Origin: a virus
Strand: one strand, 5' to 3'
IMG/VR virus record: IMGVR_UViG_3300025466_000015
DNA: 64,000 nt
Shown here: positions 59,232-64,000 of the stretch, one piece after another
How the letters are laid out: each line of letters opens with the position of its first letter
Position numbering within the stretch: the first letter of the stretch is position 1
The notes under the pieces: model-generated
Seen by the model: only the letters and a program-made list of their open reading frames with translations
Told to the model about the DNA's origin: nothing
The model's database searches: none
Position numbers and translations under genes: made by a program

Positions 59232-60221
59232 ATGACATCAAACACAATAGTTTTACTTAAAAAATCCGGTATATCAGGAAACACTCCATCAGACCTAGTG
59301 TATGGTGAGGTTGCTCTTAACTATGCCGAAGGTAAACTATTCTATAAGAATGGTGTTGGTATCAAGTACATTACCAACCAAAAAACATTCTCAACAATCA
59401 ATGCCAACTCTACACTCATTATAGCCGGTTCTTATACCGACACAATAAATTTTGTAGGAAATAATGGTATCACCGTAGTCGGTGATGCTATCAATAACAA
59501 GGTAACAATTGCTCTCGATCCATCATACTCAGGTGGAGGCGGTGGTGTTGGTGCTACAGGTGCTACTGGACCTATGGGTCCAACAGGACCGACTGGTCCA
59601 ACAGGACCTGCAGGTGGCGGTGGCGGCGGTGCTAGTATTCCAATCGATGTACCTACAGGTCCAACGGCATACGTTCCATTAATTCAAGAAACATCAGGTT
59701 ATCTCGACCATGTATACACAGATGGTATCAGTTTAACTTATGATGTTGCCAACAATACACTCAATACTCAAAGTCTAAGTGTAACTCCAAATGTGGTGTT
59801 CTCATCTTCAATTTTGGATTTGACAACGACAGACCAGGTTGTATTTGATTCTTTTCCAGCCAGAGAATATAGAAGTGCTTTCTATGATATAGATTTGGAA
59901 AACGGTGCAAGTTATCATTCTTTAAATTTAAACATTTTAAATTATGATTATAGTGCAACAGCACAAACTTTTGGTGATGTTTACAACTTAACACCATTAG
60001 GTACCTTTAGTGCTAATGTGTATGCTGATATAGTGAATGTATTGTTCACACCAACCATTGCAAATACAAGTGTTTCTTTTTCCAGAAAAGCTATAAAACC
60101 AAGACAAACTGCCATAATTCTTGGTGATTTGGGATATATTATTGATCCAGCAGTCGTATTTTATGATAGTGGATTGGTTGTTGATTCAGTAGGACGTACT
60201 ATTGATTACGGAACAATCTGA
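59232..60221 (+). CDS. fibre-related protein with short collagen-like GxT repeat
   Basis: GEVALNYAEGKLFYK; GATGATGPMGPTGPTGPTGPAG. Confidence 0.75.
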   Translation: MTSNTIVLLKKSGISGNTPSDLVYGEVALNYAEGKLFYKNGVGIKYITNQKTFSTINANSTLIIAGSYTDTINFVGNNGITVVGDAINNKVTIALDPSYSGGGGGVGATGATGPMGPTGPTGPTGPAGGGGGGASIPIDVPTGPTAYVPLIQETSGYLDHVYTDGISLTYDVANNTLNTQSLSVTPNVVFSSSILDLTTTDQVVFDSFPAREYRSAFYDIDLENGASYHSLNLNILNYDYSATAQTFGDVYNLTPLGTFSANVYADIVNVLFTPTIANTSVSFSRKAIKPRQTAIILGDLGYIIDPAVVFYDSGLVVDSVGRTIDYGTI

Positions 60222-60230
60222 CCACATGAT

Positions 60231-60238
60231 TATAAATA
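60231..60238 (+). promoter_or_regulatory. T4-type late promoter
   Basis: TATAAATA upstream of 60262; variants at 33273, 44567, 52153, 55076, 55690 and 63930. Confidence 0.8.
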
Positions 60239-60261
60239 ACCAAAACATTTTAAGGTAAAGA

Positions 60262-63200
60262 ATGGCTACCACACAATTACAACTTAGACGAGGTAATACA
60301 GCAAGTATATCAGCCTTTACTGGCGCTCTTGCTGAAGTTATCTATGATACAGACGAAAAAACATTAGTTGTTCAGGACGGTTCCACGAGTGGTGGTTTCT
60401 ATCTGGCTCAAAGAGAAGAAGCAAATGCAGCTTTTAATTTGGCCAATTCTGCTAATGTTCTGGCACAATCAGCATATAATTCTGGTAATGCCACTTTAAC
60501 TTATGCAACTTCATCATTTAATAAAGCTAATGCAGCTAATGTACTAGCACAGTCAGCTTATGCTAACGGAAATAATACATTAGTGTTAGCTCAATCAGCT
60601 TACGCTAATGGTAATAATACCTTCACATTCTCACAGTCGGCTTATAATGTTGCTAACTCATCAAATACGGTGGCTTTTTCAGCATACGACCATGCCAATA
60701 CAGCATACACAAATGCAGGAGATGCTTACAACTACGCAACAAGTGTAGATACAAAAGCAAGCGCAGCTTTCAATAAAGCCAATGCAGCTAATGTCTTAGC
60801 TCAATCGGCATATAATTCTTCAAATACTAAATTCAGTTCTTCTGGTGGTACAATTTCCGGTAATGTAGACATTACTGGTCAAGCTAATGTGTCACAAAGA
60901 TTGACTATTGGTACAGGTTCATATACCGTTTTACCTAATTTGATTTCTCAGTTTACTGGTAATTCGGATTACTACTCACAAATTAACCAACAAAACTTAT
61001 CAGGCAATGGTTCTGGTGATATTGTTGTTACTGCTGATAACGGTACAGACCAAATCAATTTTATTGATATGGGTATGGCAGGTAGTGTATATGATGACGC
61101 TACACCAAATGCTTATCCAACAACAAAGCCAAATGATGGTTATTTGTATTTGGTTGGTAATCCTGGTGCTAATTTTGGTGGTAACTTAGTAATTGGTACT
61201 GCTGGCTCAGGATCACATGCAGATATTTCTTTCGTACAAGGTACAGGATATGATGAATCAGCAAGATTGGTATATGGCCAAGGTCTTGTTATTGAAACAG
61301 GTACAGTATCTTCATCAAATAACACAGGCGCTTTAGTTGTTCGAGGTGGTGTTGGTGTTCAAGGTGCTGTACATGCTGATGCTGTTTATGACGGCACAGT
61401 TCGTTTGGCTGATGTACAAACATACTCAACTGCGGGTTTTAATAAAGCCAATACAGCTAATGTTACAGCACAAAATGCATACAATTTGGCCAATACTGCC
61501 AATGTAACAGCACAAGCTGGATTCGATAAGGCCAATGCAGCCTATGATTTAGGTAGCAGTACACTTACATATGCCACATCAGGTTTCAATAAAGCAAATG
61601 CAGCCAATGTTCTAGCACAATCATCATATGACTCCGGTAATAATACCATGACATATGCCACGGCTGGTTTCAACAAAGCCAATGCTGCTAATGTATTAGC
61701 TCAGGCAGCGTACGATAATTCAAACACAAAATTTAATTCATCAGGCGGTACAATCTCTGGTGATACAGTTGTTACTGGTAACCTAACAGTTACTGGTACA
61801 ACATTTTATGCCAATACAAAGAATGTATTAGTTGAGGACAATATCATTACATTGAATAGTAATGTAACTGGTACACCAACACTCAATGCTGGTATAGAAG
61901 TTAATCGTGGAAATCAAACAAACACATCTTTTGTATGGAATGAAACCAATAAAGATTGGGAATTCACAAATGATGGTACAAATTATAAAGTTGTTGCTGA
62001 TGCAGCCAATGTAACTAATATTGGTGTATATGCAAATAGTGGTATCACATTAGCACAATCTTCATACGATTTAGGAAATGCCACGGCAACATATGCTACG
62101 GCAGGTTTCAATAAAGCAAATGCAGCCAATGTTCTAGCACAATCATCATATGACTCCGGTAATAATACCATGACATATGCAACTGCTGGATTTAATAAGG
62201 CAAATGCAGCCAATGTTCTTGCTCAGTCTGCTTATGATTCAGGCAATAATACATTAACTTACGCTACATCAGGTTTCAATAAGGCAAATGCGGCTAATGT
62301 TTTAGCACAATCTGCTTATGATTTTGGTAATACAGTAAATGCTTATGCTTTCTCAGCATATAGTCATTCAAATAATACACTTACATATGCTACGGCTGGT
62401 TTTGATAAGGCAAATGCAGCTAATGTACTAGCACAAAGTGCTTACGATTCAGCAAACAATGTATTTCCACAGATTCAACCATCATTCAACAAAGCAAATG
62501 CAGCTAACGTACTTGCACAAAGTGCTTACGACTCAGGTAATAATACATTAACCTATGCTACGGCTGGTTTTAATAAGGCTAATGCGGCCAATATTCTAGC
62601 ACAATCTAGTTACGATAAAGGCAACACAACATTAACTTATGCAACAGCTGCATTTGATAAAACAAATTCAAGTTATAACTTTGCTAACTCTGTAAACACA
62701 TATGCTTTCTCTGCTTATGCTTCGTCTAATACTAAGGCAACTGTATACAATACAAGTTCAGCACCAACATCAGCACAAGTAGATGATATTTGGATTGATA
62801 CAAACTCTGGTATTGAATATGTAAACATCAGTTCTAACTCTGCTGTCCAATGGGTTGAATTTGGACCTCTAGGTACTCCACAGAATGTTACGGCTAACCT
62901 ACAGTTTGCTGACCAGACTATCTTCAGTACATATCCAAATAGAGATATTACAGTATTGAGCTCTGGTACAGGTAATATTTTATTGACAGCACCATCCGTT
63001 AATTTCTCCGGTAATATTATTGCCAATGTTGGTAACGGAACTGCAACATTTAATAATCTTAAATCTGCTTATTTTCGTGTTAATACGGCTACCATTCAAG
63101 CTAACTCAGCTGCCATTAATATTGTTGGTTCAAACGGTTATTATACACAGCAACCAACATCCAACGGTTACATGATGCAAATTACCGGTTTGGATAATAC

Positions 63201-63927
63201 AACCACTAGGGTTGTTATTGATGCTGCAAGTACAGATGGTTCTGCTTATTCAGCATTTGTTGGTCGTAAGGCAAGAGGCACACATCAAAATCCAACTGCT
63301 GCACAAAGCGGTGATATTCTAGCCAAGTTTACTGGTAACGGATACGGCACATCAGGATATGGTGTAAATGCTGGTGGCGCTTCAGTTGAGATGCACGCTA
63401 TAGAAAACTATACCGATACATCAAGAGGCGCAAGTCTTGTAATTGCTACAACACCGATGGGTTCAAATGTAAGAACAACATCAGCAACATTTACTGCTAC
63501 TGATTTGACTCTAACAGGTAATGTTATTGCCAATTCTTCAGGATTAACTTCAAGTTTCTTTAACTTGAATATTGGTGGTTCTCTCACATATGCTTATCAA
63601 ACTGATACAGCTAACACAACACAGTATATCAATTACAATACACAAGAATTACAATTTATACCAATAACTGGCACAACAACACTTGTACATCAAAACATTG
63701 CTGCTGGTAGAAAAGTTGTAGTTGTTGTGAATAACACTTCAGGTTCAGACCAAACAATCAACCTAGGTGTACCAATAAATAATTGTACAGCTACTAGAGG
63801 AAGAAACGGTAACTATGGTTCACCAGCCAATACTGCAACTGTATTCTCAGGAACAACAGCATTCTTTACCTTCTTTGCTTTTGGAACATCTACATCAAAC
63901 GTATACTGCTCAATCACACCGACCTAA
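60262..63927 (+). CDS. tail fibre with Mtd-like N-terminus and repeated FNKANAANVLAQSAY helical shaft
   Basis: LQLRRGNT ... GALAEV ... DG start; many 28-aa-type repeats; 79-bp exact repeat at 61580-61658 and 62102-62180. Confidence 0.82.
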   Translation: MATTQLQLRRGNTASISAFTGALAEVIYDTDEKTLVVQDGSTSGGFYLAQREEANAAFNLANSANVLAQSAYNSGNATLTYATSSFNKANAANVLAQSAYANGNNTLVLAQSAYANGNNTFTFSQSAYNVANSSNTVAFSAYDHANTAYTNAGDAYNYATSVDTKASAAFNKANAANVLAQSAYNSSNTKFSSSGGTISGNVDITGQANVSQRLTIGTGSYTVLPNLISQFTGNSDYYSQINQQNLSGNGSGDIVVTADNGTDQINFIDMGMAGSVYDDATPNAYPTTKPNDGYLYLVGNPGANFGGNLVIGTAGSGSHADISFVQGTGYDESARLVYGQGLVIETGTVSSSNNTGALVVRGGVGVQGAVHADAVYDGTVRLADVQTYSTAGFNKANTANVTAQNAYNLANTANVTAQAGFDKANAAYDLGSSTLTYATSGFNKANAANVLAQSSYDSGNNTMTYATAGFNKANAANVLAQAAYDNSNTKFNSSGGTISGDTVVTGNLTVTGTTFYANTKNVLVEDNIITLNSNVTGTPTLNAGIEVNRGNQTNTSFVWNETNKDWEFTNDGTNYKVVADAANVTNIGVYANSGITLAQSSYDLGNATATYATAGFNKANAANVLAQSSYDSGNNTMTYATAGFNKANAANVLAQSAYDSGNNTLTYATSGFNKANAANVLAQSAYDFGNTVNAYAFSAYSHSNNTLTYATAGFDKANAANVLAQSAYDSANNVFPQIQPSFNKANAANVLAQSAYDSGNNTLTYATAGFNKANAANILAQSSYDKGNTTLTYATAAFDKTNSSYNFANSVNTYAFSAYASSNTKATVYNTSSAPTSAQVDDIWIDTNSGIEYVNISSNSAVQWVEFGPLGTPQNVTANLQFADQTIFSTYPNRDITVLSSGTGNILLTAPSVNFSGNIIANVGNGTATFNNLKSAYFRVNTATIQANSAAINIVGSNGYYTQQPTSNGYMMQITGLDNTTTRVVIDAASTDGSAYSAFVGRKARGTHQNPTAAQSGDILAKFTGNGYGTSGYGVNAGGASVEMHAIENYTDTSRGASLVIATTPMGSNVRTTSATFTATDLTLTGNVIANSSGLTSSFFNLNIGGSLTYAYQTDTANTTQYINYNTQELQFIPITGTTTLVHQNIAAGRKVVVVVNNTSGSDQTINLGVPINNCTATRGRNGNYGSPANTATVFSGTTAFFTFFAFGTSTSNVYCSITPT

Positions 63928-63941
63928 GAGATAAATAAAAC

Positions 63942-64000
63942 ATGGCAACATTTAGTTTTCCCAATTCACCATCTCTTAACCAGACATATACATTTCAAGG
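63942..64000 (+). CDS. start of next fibre-like protein (truncated)
   Basis: MATFSFPNSPSLNQTYTFQ after GATAAATA. Confidence 0.6.
   Translation, partial: MATFSFPNSPSLNQTYTFQ

Noticed and set aside
392-63026. Many short antisense or alternate-frame ORFs in the supplied track
   Set aside because: Nearly all overlap better-supported genes, and they lack SD or motifs; treated as shadow ORFs
60262-63927. Diversity-generating retroelement target (Mtd-like N-terminus)
   Set aside because: Only the N-terminal anchor resembles Mtd; no RT or TR/VR pair in the window

Overview
The window is part of a large, AT-rich T4-like (myovirus) phage genome, probably infecting a betaproteobacterium, as inferred from its tmRNA tag ANDSRFALAA. 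About 1-26.3 kb is an early/accessory region on the + strand. It has sigma70-type promoters, many small hypothetical ORFs, two AAA+ ATPases, a metallophosphoesterase, an NAD-dependent epimerase, FkbM-like methyltransferases, 2OG-Fe(II) oxygenases, nucleases, a permuted two-piece tmRNA, surface-protein genes, a SleB-like hydrolase, gp33 and two tryptophan-halogenase-like genes. gp32 follows, then a minus-strand block (two paralogous hub/tape-measure-like genes, gp51, gp26, gp54, gp2, gp4). From about 33.3 kb a + strand late block encodes the baseplate (gp48, gp53, hub, split gp5, gp25, gp6, gp7, gp8), a 1990-aa structural protein and several tail fibres. The most notable observations: (1) a candidate programmed -1 frameshift (T TTT TTC) fusing gp26 to a start-less gp51, like lambda G/GT; (2) a permuted tmRNA whose terminal pseudoknot motif recurs after a two-gene surface-protein cassette; (3) a constant/variable tandem gene array with DNA-identical junction blocks; (4) a strand-biased GAGGT motif array with a near-consensus Fur box; (5) a gp5 split in three, with an HxH spike tip. 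All calls come from motif recognition and gene order, with no database search.
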